This document shows, piece after piece, positions 48,151-58,500 of a DNA stretch of 64,000 nt; positions within the stretch are counted from its first letter, which is position 1, and each line of letters starts with the position of its first letter. The stretch spans positions 9,279 through 73,278 of the forward strand of contig CAXGZX010000001.1 of the NCBI GenBank assembly GCA_964014545.1. Reading direction: 5' to 3'. A program made the position numbers and the translations under genes. A model generated the notes under the pieces. The model worked only from the letters and a program-made list of their open reading frames with translations. It was not told where the DNA came from and ran no database searches. This stretch comes from an uncultured Candidatus Poseidoniales archaeon. GTDB lineage: Archaea > Thermoplasmatota > Poseidoniia > Poseidoniales > Poseidoniaceae.

Positions 48151-49179
48151 ATGGCGGAAGCAGCACTCGAGTTAATCGATGTAACATTTCGCCACAAAAT
48201 TCCAGCCCCCAAATTTTTGAACCCTTGGAATAAGCGACGAGGACCCGGAGTATTCTCGTTGAATCTCACCCTACCTAAAGGCGAAATTCTCGGACTTGTT
48301 GGGCCAAATGGCGCCGGCAAGACCACCTTGCTGCGAGTATTAGCAGGAGTAATACCCTTAGACAGTGGCACGATTAGACTCAACGGCGACGACCTAAATC
48401 AAAGCCCTGAAGCGATTGATTATTTATTGCGCTGTAATGTTGGACATATGCCAGAACAAGTCAGATGGAACGGTTCTGAAAGCGTGTTGGAAACCGTAAA
48501 GTCATTTGCTGAAATGCAAGAAGGCGATGTCGACTCAAAAAAATTACTCGACTTAGTAGGTCTTTCTTCTAAATTAAATGATGGATTAGACACTCTGAGC
48601 CAAGGAATGCGTCAACGGCTTAGCCTAGCAATTTCATTAATGAGTTCACCCAAAATATTGCTTCTGGATGAGCCTTTCAATGGACTCGACCCAGTTGCAG
48701 CAAAGTCTGTTGAAAAGATGGTTAAGCAACTCGCTGAAAATGGAGTAAGTATCATTATTTCATCGCATCATGTTTCTGGCATGGCAGGTTTTGTTGACCG
48801 CCTAGCATTAATTCACAAAGGCCAAATTGTCGCTGAGGGTCAAATTTCAGAAATTGAACGTGATTTAGGGTTAAATGATAGAGTTGAAATTGGCGGAAAA
48901 GGCGAGTTACCTGAATTTGAGAAATTACTCCATAAGAACAGCAAATTGATTTCATCAAATTACACGGACAATAACTGGAAGGCTATAATTTTCCAGCCAG
49001 ACTCTAAACTAATGTCTAGAATCTTAGGTAATGAGCATACCATCGATTTTTGGCAACCAAAAGCACCAGACATCGTCGAGATGCTGTGCAATGCAACTGG
49101 CTTAGAAATAGAAGAAATTGGCATGGACATTAATCAGGTTACAATGCTTCCTTTGAAAATTAGAGGTGAGGAAGAATGA
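48151..49179 (+). CDS. ABC-2 type exporter ATP-binding protein
   Basis: GPNGAGKTT, LSQGMRQR, LLLDEPFNGLDP, ISSH. Confidence 0.93.
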   Translation: MAEAALELIDVTFRHKIPAPKFLNPWNKRRGPGVFSLNLTLPKGEILGLVGPNGAGKTTLLRVLAGVIPLDSGTIRLNGDDLNQSPEAIDYLLRCNVGHMPEQVRWNGSESVLETVKSFAEMQEGDVDSKKLLDLVGLSSKLNDGLDTLSQGMRQRLSLAISLMSSPKILLLDEPFNGLDPVAAKSVEKMVKQLAENGVSIIISSHHVSGMAGFVDRLALIHKGQIVAEGQISEIERDLGLNDRVEIGGKGELPEFEKLLHKNSKLISSNYTDNNWKAIIFQPDSKLMSRILGNEHTIDFWQPKAPDIVEMLCNATGLEIEEIGMDINQVTMLPLKIRGEEE

Positions 49180-50009
49180 TGTTAATTCCAGCTGAAATTT
49201 ATGCCATTGCCCGGCGAATTTGTGTTGCAAAATGGAAATCTAATCGAATGATAATCATGTTACCAATCCTTATTTTGTTTATTCCCGGCATGGCATGGGG
49301 TTTTTCAGACCCGGATGTAATGCTCCCTGGAGGAATTACTCCGGATAATGTTCCTGAAGTTTTGTTTTACACTAGCCTAGGTGTAGTTTTTGCTGGCACA
49401 ATGTGTGGCGTATTACTGTCATTTGATGGCATAAGTCGAGACAGATTTAGTGGTGTTTTAGAAGTTAAACTATCTCAACCAATGCCGCGAAGTAGCCAGT
49501 CTATTGGCATCGCATTGGGCTATTGGGCTGCAATATTAATTCCAGTCTGGACTCTATGGCTAATCTCTACAATAATTGCCATGTATCGTTTGGATGCATC
49601 AATAGAAATTATTGACTTAATTATTTCCTTTACCGGTGTTGCTTTGGTTTTGCTGTGGTATGTTTTGTTTAGCTTGATTGCTTCAACATATTCCAAAGAT
49701 CAGGGTACTTCAATCGCCTTTGGCGTAGGAATGTGGTTTCTGTTTACCTTTTTGTGGGCATTAGTCACCTCTATGGTCGCTTTTGCCTCAGGAGTTGAAA
49801 TTGGCGAAGTAAATAATACTGAGATGGTTAAACTCGAAGGTTACCTCGACCTTCTTTCGCCAAATGGCGTGTTTCACCATTTATTGGAAACTACACTAGA
49901 TGACGTTGACCGTGGAGTCCCTAGGTTGATTTCTTGGTTATCTGCGTTGATTTGGACCTGTATACCTTGGTATTGGTTCAAATTCCGCCTTAACCAAATC
50001 AAACCATAA
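49176..50009 (+). CDS. ABC-2 type exporter permease (NosY-like)
   Basis: SFDGISRDRFSGVLEVKLSQPMPR, about 6 TMs, ATGA overlap with the ATPase. Confidence 0.85.
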   Translation: MMLIPAEIYAIARRICVAKWKSNRMIIMLPILILFIPGMAWGFSDPDVMLPGGITPDNVPEVLFYTSLGVVFAGTMCGVLLSFDGISRDRFSGVLEVKLSQPMPRSSQSIGIALGYWAAILIPVWTLWLISTIIAMYRLDASIEIIDLIISFTGVALVLLWYVLFSLIASTYSKDQGTSIAFGVGMWFLFTFLWALVTSMVAFASGVEIGEVNNTEMVKLEGYLDLLSPNGVFHHLLETTLDDVDRGVPRLISWLSALIWTCIPWYWFKFRLNQIKP

Positions 50010-50069
50010 AGGGCTATTTGTCATTATGTAAGCCAAAGAGTATTAGACAAGCAGACCATACCGATAGGC

Positions 50070-52043
50070 ATGGCAGCAAGACGTAACTATGTTCCCGCCA
50101 CCGCGATTACCATGTTCATTCTAATGCTCTTAATGAGCATGAGTTCAGCTATCAGCAGCAATGAACTAACAGTTAACGAAACTCAAAATACTGAAGGAAG
50201 GCAAGGCAGTGATGGCCTTTCCGATGTTGACTGTTCAGGATATACCTTCGAAGATTTATTCGATTACAATTTTGCTTTATTCAACATCGATATTGAAGAG
50301 GATTGGGCTAATGCTGGGATGACAGCAACCGCTTACGTAAACGGTAGTAATTCTGCAACAGTGCGTGATAACCTAGATGAATTGTTTGATGGCGCTCCAG
50401 GCGGCAATAACGGATGGCTTAGCACTGATGAGCGTGAGGCTGTAAGAGAGATTGGCCCAATGTGTATCGAAGACATGGATACTAGGCTAGGTGTAAGAGA
50501 GGGCGTCCCCCACCGAACTGCCAGTGGCGTTGATTGGAATGACATGGAATTCGTCGAATCTGGAATCGCTCTTGATGAAGTCGATTTGATTGCCCCTAAC
50601 CACCCTGAAGAACGTCAATGCAGCAACTTTGGCGCATCAGCCGACTGTCGAGAGATTCCAACTTATGCAACTGACGATTTGCAGATAAGTATGTTTGTAA
50701 AAAGTGGTGAAGAAACAAACATGAGGTTTGATCAACTACCAAATAAAGGTGTTTCAGACTTTACCTTGGCTCTTAATGTCACTAATATGACCAATGCTGA
50801 ATTAGTCTTGACCTTCCCCGCATTACAAGGACTTAGAATTGCTAACTATTCAATGGAAGATGATGGTGTAGCATTACAAGAAGGAGTTGACTATGTTGCT
50901 CCTACTGAAGAATTCCTGCCCGATGGCAAACTAAGAATATACCAATCTGTCGATTATGAAAAATCTCTTTGGCCAATGGGTCGTAACCTATTCATTGACT
51001 TTACTACTGCTGAACCGGAGTCTAACGATTTACCACAATGGACATCTTATCATCCAAATAATAATTCAATAATTCCGTTAATGACTGGAACCGAATACCT
51101 TACTGTTGCGGCAGACGATTTAGCAGACTGGGCTACTGATTCCAACGGTTGGAACCTAGACTGCACATTTACTGATGCCGGATGGAGTGCAAGACAAGAT
51201 GAAACTGGTAACCTACTGGTTACCTCTCCATCTGGGACCGCTTCAACAGTGGCAACCTGTGGAATTGTCGACCCATTTGGCGCTGTAGCCGTGGAAACTC
51301 TTGATTTCACCTTTGGCCAACCATTTACTGCAACAGCGGACATCACCGATGGTGAAAACATCGACTTTACTGTGACCCCAACTGGATTAGTGGCTGAAAT
51401 GACTGTTAGTGCTCATGCTCATCAAGACGGAAATATGGGCTCTATGAGATCTTCAATGGCTAGTAACCAACCGGTAACTATTGCCTTACCCATGGACGGC
51501 TTAAAGCCAGGAATGGTAATGGTAATGGGTTCTGCAAGTGCCAATAATATGATGAACTTTGACTATATGTTAGACTATGGATTAGAGAAACAAAGTCTTC
51601 CACCAACTGTAACGCTTAAGATGAGTTTTGATGGAATGAATGCAACATGGGATGCAACAGGATTACAATTCACCCTAAAGGGAACGGTTTCAGACCCTGA
51701 TGGCGAGCAAGTTTCAATGTCCCTTCAATTGTGTGGGGCTGAAGCAACAGATTTCACCAAAGTTGGAATTAATTGGGAGATTGATGTTTCAATAGCTACT
51801 TGTGTACTTCAAGAAATTGCCACATATGACATAATCATCACTGCTACAGATGAATCATCGGTAGTCACTACCCTAGAAATAAATGTAGCAGACCCTAACG
51901 CTGTTGATGATTCTAATGACGGATCAACAAGCGACAGTGATAGTGGAGATGACAGTAGTGCACTACCAAGTGTATCGCTGTTAGCAACACTAAGCGTCAC
52001 TCTTCTTGGCGCTGCATTTGCTAGAAGAAAGCAGGAACTTTGA
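50070..52043 (+). CDS. Secreted acidic surface protein with Ig-like domains and C-terminal anchor
   Basis: Signal peptide, GTVSDPDGE motif, D/S-rich linker, ALPS-TM-RRK terminus. Confidence 0.65.
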   Translation: MAARRNYVPATAITMFILMLLMSMSSAISSNELTVNETQNTEGRQGSDGLSDVDCSGYTFEDLFDYNFALFNIDIEEDWANAGMTATAYVNGSNSATVRDNLDELFDGAPGGNNGWLSTDEREAVREIGPMCIEDMDTRLGVREGVPHRTASGVDWNDMEFVESGIALDEVDLIAPNHPEERQCSNFGASADCREIPTYATDDLQISMFVKSGEETNMRFDQLPNKGVSDFTLALNVTNMTNAELVLTFPALQGLRIANYSMEDDGVALQEGVDYVAPTEEFLPDGKLRIYQSVDYEKSLWPMGRNLFIDFTTAEPESNDLPQWTSYHPNNNSIIPLMTGTEYLTVAADDLADWATDSNGWNLDCTFTDAGWSARQDETGNLLVTSPSGTASTVATCGIVDPFGAVAVETLDFTFGQPFTATADITDGENIDFTVTPTGLVAEMTVSAHAHQDGNMGSMRSSMASNQPVTIALPMDGLKPGMVMVMGSASANNMMNFDYMLDYGLEKQSLPPTVTLKMSFDGMNATWDATGLQFTLKGTVSDPDGEQVSMSLQLCGAEATDFTKVGINWEIDVSIATCVLQEIATYDIIITATDESSVVTTLEINVADPNAVDDSNDGSTSDSDSGDDSSALPSVSLLATLSVTLLGAAFARRKQEL

Positions 52044-52064
52044 TTTGACAAAGGATGTTTTATA

Positions 52065-53126
52065 ATGTTCATTGGTTCAATTGATTCACATAGCCACGAA
52101 GGTGGTTTACTCGCCTCATTTAGTGGTTCCTCACCAGCACTTGGTTCAATAATTGTTAGTTCTGATGACGGAACTTACATTGGTAAGATTGACGCTGTTT
52201 TAGGCGGTACTGAATCCCCTATCGCCCATATTGCTCATCTTGACCGTAAAATGGATGCTAGCCAATTCATCGGTATAGATGTCAAAATAAGACCCAAAGT
52301 AGAACGGGAGGATCGCTTTGATAGATCTCGAGGCGACCGAAACGACAGGCGTCGTAATGATGACAGAGGCGGGAGAAGAGATGATAGAAGAGATTCTCGA
52401 CGAGATAATCGCAGAGACTTCGGCAGAGACAATCGACGTGACAATTACAGGGATAACCGTTCTAGAGGAAATGACCGCAGAGATTCCCATGGAGACAATG
52501 ATTGGGATTGTCCAAAATGCAACAATTCCAACTTTGCTAGAAGAGTAGAGTGTAACAGATGTGGTGCTCCAAAGCCGGGTGGGGGCGACTCTGGTGACAG
52601 AAGAAACTCTCGGTATGACTCTCGACCGCCAAGAAGAGATAATCGTCGAGACTCTAGAGACCGTAATTTCAATAGACCTGAGAGAAAAACGTTTACTGAC
52701 AATGATTGGGAATGTAAAAAGTGTAATAACTCTAATTTTTCATTTAGAACAGAATGTAATAGATGCGGAGAACCCAAACCAGGTGGTGGAGGCAACAGCA
52801 GAGACCGCGGACCACGCAGAGACGACCGTCAAAGACGAGATAATCGAGGTGGCGGCAGAGACCGTGGACCACGCAGAGACGACCGTCCTAGAAGAGAGGG
52901 AGGTGCACGAAGAGAACGCGGACCACGCAGAGAGCGTGGACCAAGCAGGGATAGTCGTGGAAGTGACAGAGAGCGTGGACCAAGAAGAGAAGGAGGCGGT
53001 CGCCAAGAGCGAGACCCAACCGTTCGTAAATTCCGTCGCGCTAGAGGTAAATCATCTGGTCATGCGCACAACAGAGGACCCCAACCCCTTGATACTCGTC
53101 CACTAAAAAGAAATAGAGATGATTAA
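52065..53126 (+). CDS. Gar1/Naf1-like domain plus two RanBP2-type zinc fingers plus Arg/Asp/Gly-rich disordered regions
   Basis: N-terminal FIGSI...PALGSIIV...IGKIDAVLGGTESPIAHI; DWDCPKCNNSNFARRVECNRCGAPKP; DWECKKCNNSNFSFRTECNRCGEPKP. Confidence 0.8.
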   Translation: MFIGSIDSHSHEGGLLASFSGSSPALGSIIVSSDDGTYIGKIDAVLGGTESPIAHIAHLDRKMDASQFIGIDVKIRPKVEREDRFDRSRGDRNDRRRNDDRGGRRDDRRDSRRDNRRDFGRDNRRDNYRDNRSRGNDRRDSHGDNDWDCPKCNNSNFARRVECNRCGAPKPGGGDSGDRRNSRYDSRPPRRDNRRDSRDRNFNRPERKTFTDNDWECKKCNNSNFSFRTECNRCGEPKPGGGGNSRDRGPRRDDRQRRDNRGGGRDRGPRRDDRPRREGGARRERGPRRERGPSRDSRGSDRERGPRREGGGRQERDPTVRKFRRARGKSSGHAHNRGPQPLDTRPLKRNRDD

Positions 53127-53151
53127 GTGATTCACTCACGAGCGTAGGTAT

Positions 53152-54210
53152 ATGAGTGCTGAAGATCACTACCTTGATGCGTTAGAAGCTCTTGATAATG
53201 GTAACAAAGAAGAAGCTTTGATTCAAGCATACAAAGTAGTAAAATTGGATCCTGAACATGCTGATGCATGGCAAGTGATTTCTGACTCTCATCTAAATGC
53301 AAAAGGACAGGCAGATAACTTAATTGAGGCTTCTAAATCACTGAGTGCCGTCAAGAAAATAGTGAATTTAGACCCTTCCAGAATTGATATGTGGGTAAGA
53401 GGGGGTAGATTACTTGCTGATGAATTAGGATTGATGATCGACGCCCTTGAATGGTGGCAAGAAGTTCGCCATCACGCTCCAGGTGAAGTTACTCCATTAA
53501 TTGAACAAGCTACCATCATGGCTGATTTGGGGCTTTATGAGGAGGGTAGGGAAAGAATTGAGACTATATTGAACGAAAATATGGATGTAGCAACCAGCCA
53601 ATACGGCAGAGTCCACCAATTGCTTGGACTATTCAATTCGGCCATACAACAAGATCAAAATCAATATTTCAAACCCTGGGAAAAGCGTCACCCTGGTTGG
53701 CTAGCAATCGAATCAAAAATGCGCAAACCACCAGTTTCTGAAACCTTCATATTCATGTTAGTTACTGTACCGATTCTGTTTGGTGTCGTTGTTTTATCAA
53801 ACATGTTAGCAGGAGAAGGTTTTACTGCCTTTTGTCTAACCTCAATCGTTATCTTTGTTGCCGTGATTGCCGGGATGAGATTTACCAAGAATATGTTTCG
53901 GAGCATCAACCGACCTGCATTTAACCTACTTAGAGCCATGAATTTTGAGTCTTCCACTGGCTATTCAGTTATTTCTGAAGATATTAAGACCTCAGTACTG
54001 TATATGTATATACTGCAGCGCAAACCTATCGCTTGGCAGGAAAGAATGCTATTGATTGTTGAAGAAGACACTACGCTACCTAAAAACTGGAAGTTGGAAC
54101 TGCCTGATTTTGAGTCACATTTAGATGACTTAGGCTACATTGAAGATGGTGATGAACAATCACCATTCTGGGAAAATGGCGAAGTAGCAGAACCCCATGA
54201 AGAAGAATAA
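53152..54210 (+). CDS. TPR-repeat membrane protein
   Basis: Helical repeats (VVKLDPEHADAW, IVNLDPSRIDMW) followed by two TM helices. Confidence 0.7.
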   Translation: MSAEDHYLDALEALDNGNKEEALIQAYKVVKLDPEHADAWQVISDSHLNAKGQADNLIEASKSLSAVKKIVNLDPSRIDMWVRGGRLLADELGLMIDALEWWQEVRHHAPGEVTPLIEQATIMADLGLYEEGRERIETILNENMDVATSQYGRVHQLLGLFNSAIQQDQNQYFKPWEKRHPGWLAIESKMRKPPVSETFIFMLVTVPILFGVVVLSNMLAGEGFTAFCLTSIVIFVAVIAGMRFTKNMFRSINRPAFNLLRAMNFESSTGYSVISEDIKTSVLYMYILQRKPIAWQERMLLIVEEDTTLPKNWKLELPDFESHLDDLGYIEDGDEQSPFWENGEVAEPHEEE

Positions 54211-55476
54211 TCACGTTCCTGCGTTGTAATCGTCTAAGTAAGCAACTTGCTCGTCAGTCAATGAATCAATATCGAAACCTAGTGTTGCAAGCTTAGTAGT
54301 TGCGAGACCTTGGTCTTGTTCAGTTGTGATATCATACACTATCGGTTGCATATCCTTGCCTTCTTCAGCTAGACGGCAAAGTGCTAGATATTGGTTGGCA
54401 AACGACATATCCATTACTTCTGATGGATGTCCTTCTGCTGCTGCAAGATTAACTAGGCGACCGTCTGCAAGCAGGAAGATTTTCCTACCATCATTCATAG
54501 TATATTCATTATTGTTATCCCGAATGGTTCGCTTACTTGCCGCTAATCCCTCTAAGTCTTCAATATTTATTTCGCAATCATAGTGCCCAGTATTGGAAAT
54601 TATCGCACCATCTTTCATCGAGGCAAAATGTCGCTCAACAATTACGTCTTTCATACCAGTAGCTGTACAGAATATGTCTCCTAAGGCTGCAGCTTCATCC
54701 ATCTTCATGACTCTAAAACCGTCCATTATTGCCCTTAGAGCAGGTAGAGGGTCTATTTCAGTGATAATTACATTGGCACCCATTCCTTGAGCCCTCATAG
54801 CGACACCTTTACCGCAATGTCCGTATCCAGAAACAACAAATGTTTTACCGGCAATTAACACAGAAGTGGCTCTAAGTATCCCATCGATGGTTGATTGACC
54901 AGTTCCGTAAACATTGTCAAAGTCCCACTTTGTGATAGCATCGTTAACTGCGATAACTGGATATTTCAAATCTCCAGCCTTACCCATTGCCCTTAATCTG
55001 TGGACTCCAGTCGTAGTTTCTTCAGTGCCGCCAATAACTCCTGCAGCATATTCTTCCTTTTCGCCGTGAACACGAACGATTAGATCTGCACCATCATCAA
55101 GAGTCAGAGTCGGATTAAACTCTAGTGTCTTGTCGATACACCAGTAGAAATCATCGACGCTTTGACCATGCCATGCATGGATGGAATATCCTTCTTTAGC
55201 AAGCCATGCGGCAACATCATCTTGAGTTGATAATGGATTACAACCAGACCAAGAAATTTCAGCACCTGCGGCGGCTATTGTTTCAATCAATACTGCGGTT
55301 TCTTTGGTAACGTGAAGACATCCAGCAACTCTCATTCCTGCTAGTGGTTTGGTCTTTAGCGCCTCTTCTTTTAGCGCAGCTAAAACTGGCATTCTGGCTC
55401 TTGCCCAATCTACTCTTAATGACCCGGATTCTGCCAGATTCATATCTGCTACTGTGTACTTGTCAGTCTTGTCCAT
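54211..55476 (-). CDS. ahcY: Adenosylhomocysteinase
   Basis: GCLHVTKETA, CNPLSTQDD, DDGAD, EETTTG, FDNVYGTGQS, GYGHCGKG, GRLVNL...GHPSEVMDMSF. Confidence 0.97.
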   Translation of the reverse strand: MDKTDKYTVADMNLAESGSLRVDWARARMPVLAALKEEALKTKPLAGMRVAGCLHVTKETAVLIETIAAAGAEISWSGCNPLSTQDDVAAWLAKEGYSIHAWHGQSVDDFYWCIDKTLEFNPTLTLDDGADLIVRVHGEKEEYAAGVIGGTEETTTGVHRLRAMGKAGDLKYPVIAVNDAITKWDFDNVYGTGQSTIDGILRATSVLIAGKTFVVSGYGHCGKGVAMRAQGMGANVIITEIDPLPALRAIMDGFRVMKMDEAAALGDIFCTATGMKDVIVERHFASMKDGAIISNTGHYDCEINIEDLEGLAASKRTIRDNNNEYTMNDGRKIFLLADGRLVNLAAAEGHPSEVMDMSFANQYLALCRLAEEGKDMQPIVYDITTEQDQGLATTKLATLGFDIDSLTDEQVAYLDDYNAGT

Positions 55477-55543
55477 GGGCGACGCTACAACCGGTCACTT
55501 TTGAACTCATTGACTAATTGCCAAATCAGTTTCAAAAATGATG

Positions 55544-58500
55544 TTATCCTTGTTGTTGAATGTATGCTGCTGCATATTGTTGTGCATAAGCCGCAGCAGT
55601 CTGCTCATCATAACCTTGAGTGATAAACTGCTGGTAGTATTGTTGATACGCAGCATCCATCGCAGGGTTGGTGGCAGCTGGTGTTGCTGCTTGAGCGGCT
55701 TGTTGTGGTTGAGCGCCTCCGCCAGCTAGTCCCGCTTGAGCTGCATATTGTGCTGCATACGATCTTGCTGTATCTTCAGGATATCCTTGTGCGATTAGTT
55801 GTTGGACATATTGCTCAACAGGGTCTTGTTCTTGGAAAGCCCCAGTTAGGCTGAAGTCTTTGTAATCTCCATCCATGCCATCTCCTCCGCTTCTTCGTAG
55901 GAATAATAGCGTTAAGACGACTATTAAGACTAAGATAACAGCTCCAACACCTATCAGCATGATATTACTGTCAGACTGAGCACCATCGCCTCCATCATTG
56001 GATGATGGAGCAACCCATTCACCATTTTCTAGAGAATACTCGCCGTCCCAATCACATGCACCATTGATGAAAACCCATTGGCCATCAGGGTCTGCTAATA
56101 TCACTTCATCTGGAACCGTCACTCCACGACAAATTGGTAATGATAATGTGATGGTACTTGGATTGTATAATTGCACATAGTCTGGATCATTTAGCGGGAG
56201 TTGTTGTTCTGCATTCCAGCGTTTTTCTGAATCTTTGGAAGGATCAAATTCGAAAACTCTTATGTAAATTATGACGTCTACCGGTGTATTCGAGTGGAAT
56301 CTATCAATATCTAGACTCAACTCAAAAGAGTCGCCAGTTCCAACCGGAGTCTTTAGAACTGCTAATTCCTTTGTCCCCTTGGCAGTTTCTAATACCCTTG
56401 CGTCAGTTTCGTCTAGTAGAGATTCATTCCAAGTTATTTCCACGTACGTATCACTCTCATCTGAACCTGACACGACAAATCCTGAAAGGTTGTAGAATGA
56501 ATTAGTGTAACCTTGTTGGTCGTCCCAGTTGGTGAATTCAATAACTGGAGGTTCATCACCAAAACCTTGCGGTTTTACATCGAAACAGAATTCCATATCA
56601 TCATCCCATTTACCAGATTTATCGTACACTGTTAACTTAATCTTAATTGGTTGGATTGGTGATTCTGTATTTGGGTTGTAGGTGAGATTTCTACCCGCAT
56701 ACGATTCTCCATTTTCATCAACACCATAACCACCAAAGGTATATTGCCAAACACCCAAACTTGATTCGTATTGGATGTAGGTATTTGCATTGACATTAAT
56801 TGCCTGATCCCACGGCTTATCAAACAGTACTTCCCATTCATACCTCTCAATTCCGTTACCTTCTAGAGCATCAGGATCTGTTGAGTTAAAGGCATTGAAA
56901 TCAATTGGTAGTTGGCCACTTTCATCAAGAGTGATCTCATATTTAGGATAATTATCTAGGCTCGAACAAGTTCCAACATACTCGATGTTGTCTGCATAAC
57001 TGTCTTTCATAACCACATAAGCATCGGCAATTGGGTTGAATGCGTCAGCATTTGCATCATTAGTCTCGACTGTCACTGACAACATTCTTGAATGACCGTT
57101 ATCATCATGCAGCCAAAGAGTAATTGTCCATTGCTCTCCTTGTTTACATTCTCCTTGAGTCCCAATTGACTTACAGAAGTCCATTACTGGTGAAGATTCT
57201 GTTTCAAACAATGGGGATGTGTAATGGTCAATTTGACCTGGAGCCATGGTTCCTAAATCCCAAGACGTTGGTCCAGAAATCAGCCAATCGGTTTGCAAAC
57301 TTACTTGTGCATCTGATTGGTAACTAAAGGTTAGTTGTGCGTTACTCTTCATGTACACAGTTGCATATCCGGCACCTAATGCAGGATCAGGAACTACACC
57401 ATCAATCAAGATATCAGTTCCATCTCTCATTTCACCAAATGGATTTGGATAATCATTTACTTGATATGCCAGGACGTTACTGAGTAAAGCAAAGTCCGAA
57501 CTTGATGCATTACCTGACTTTGCTTCCAAGTCGATGGTGGAAATAATCATTCCACCTTGTCCATAGCTACAAATCCCCAACAGAACATCTTCAATGCTTG
57601 TTGAATCACGAATAATTGGTTGGAAACTTGCAACATTTTGGTTACCTGAGCAAATCTTAGGCACATCAGAAGTAGCCTCGCTACCGATATCTAGTGCTGA
57701 ATTGGCTACTGGAGTGAATACCTCAAAGTTATCCTCATCAATGTTATTCATAATTGGATGGAATTCATCGTATACTTCCATGTCAGCATAGGTTATTTCC
57801 GCACCGTTCGTTTTGTCATCAATCACCAAGCCTAGAGGTAATCTTGGTTCAACATTTGTTTGAAGCCCGTAGGTTTGAGCCCCATGTGGTGCCAAATGCG
57901 CTTGAATTGTACCACCACTGCTCATGAAATTAACTAACACTTGCTTTCGGTCAACATTGCTAACTGTATCAGATATAGTCTTGTAATATGCTTTCCCATC
58001 ATCCTTTGCAGTGTTGAAATCTTGCCACGGCAAGATAATTTTATCAAAGTTAGTAAACCAATTAGTCTTGAAATAATCATCCCAATCATTCATGGCAAAT
58101 TGAGTATAAGACATACCATTAGCCGCAATATCTTCGATGATTCTAGAGGTGCCGCTGGTCTTATCAGATAGTATTGCAATATCGACTTCATCGGCAAATG
58201 TTGCATGGAAATATACTGGATCTCCTGATGGAGTACCATCATCTAGTTGAGCACGGTAACTGATGTTGTATGTGTGTCCATCCTGATATCCGGCCCAAGG
58301 AGTAAACGATAAGGCAATTCTTTCACCATTCAACAGAGATTGGGCTGGTCCAGCACTGACACTGTGGGCAAGAGAGCCTGTGGTCTCGTCAAACACTTCC
58401 ATATAGAATACATAGTCCCCTTCAAGAACTCCATTTGTTGCCGTCATCTCCCAATTATGAGTCAAAGAACTATCAATTGGCAGAACACAATTTTGCCTAA

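Noticed and set aside
52790..52995. Short direct repeats as a CRISPR or mobile-element signature
   Set aside because: They are in-frame coding repeats (RDRGPRRDDR) without unique spacers, and no cas or transposase genes are present.
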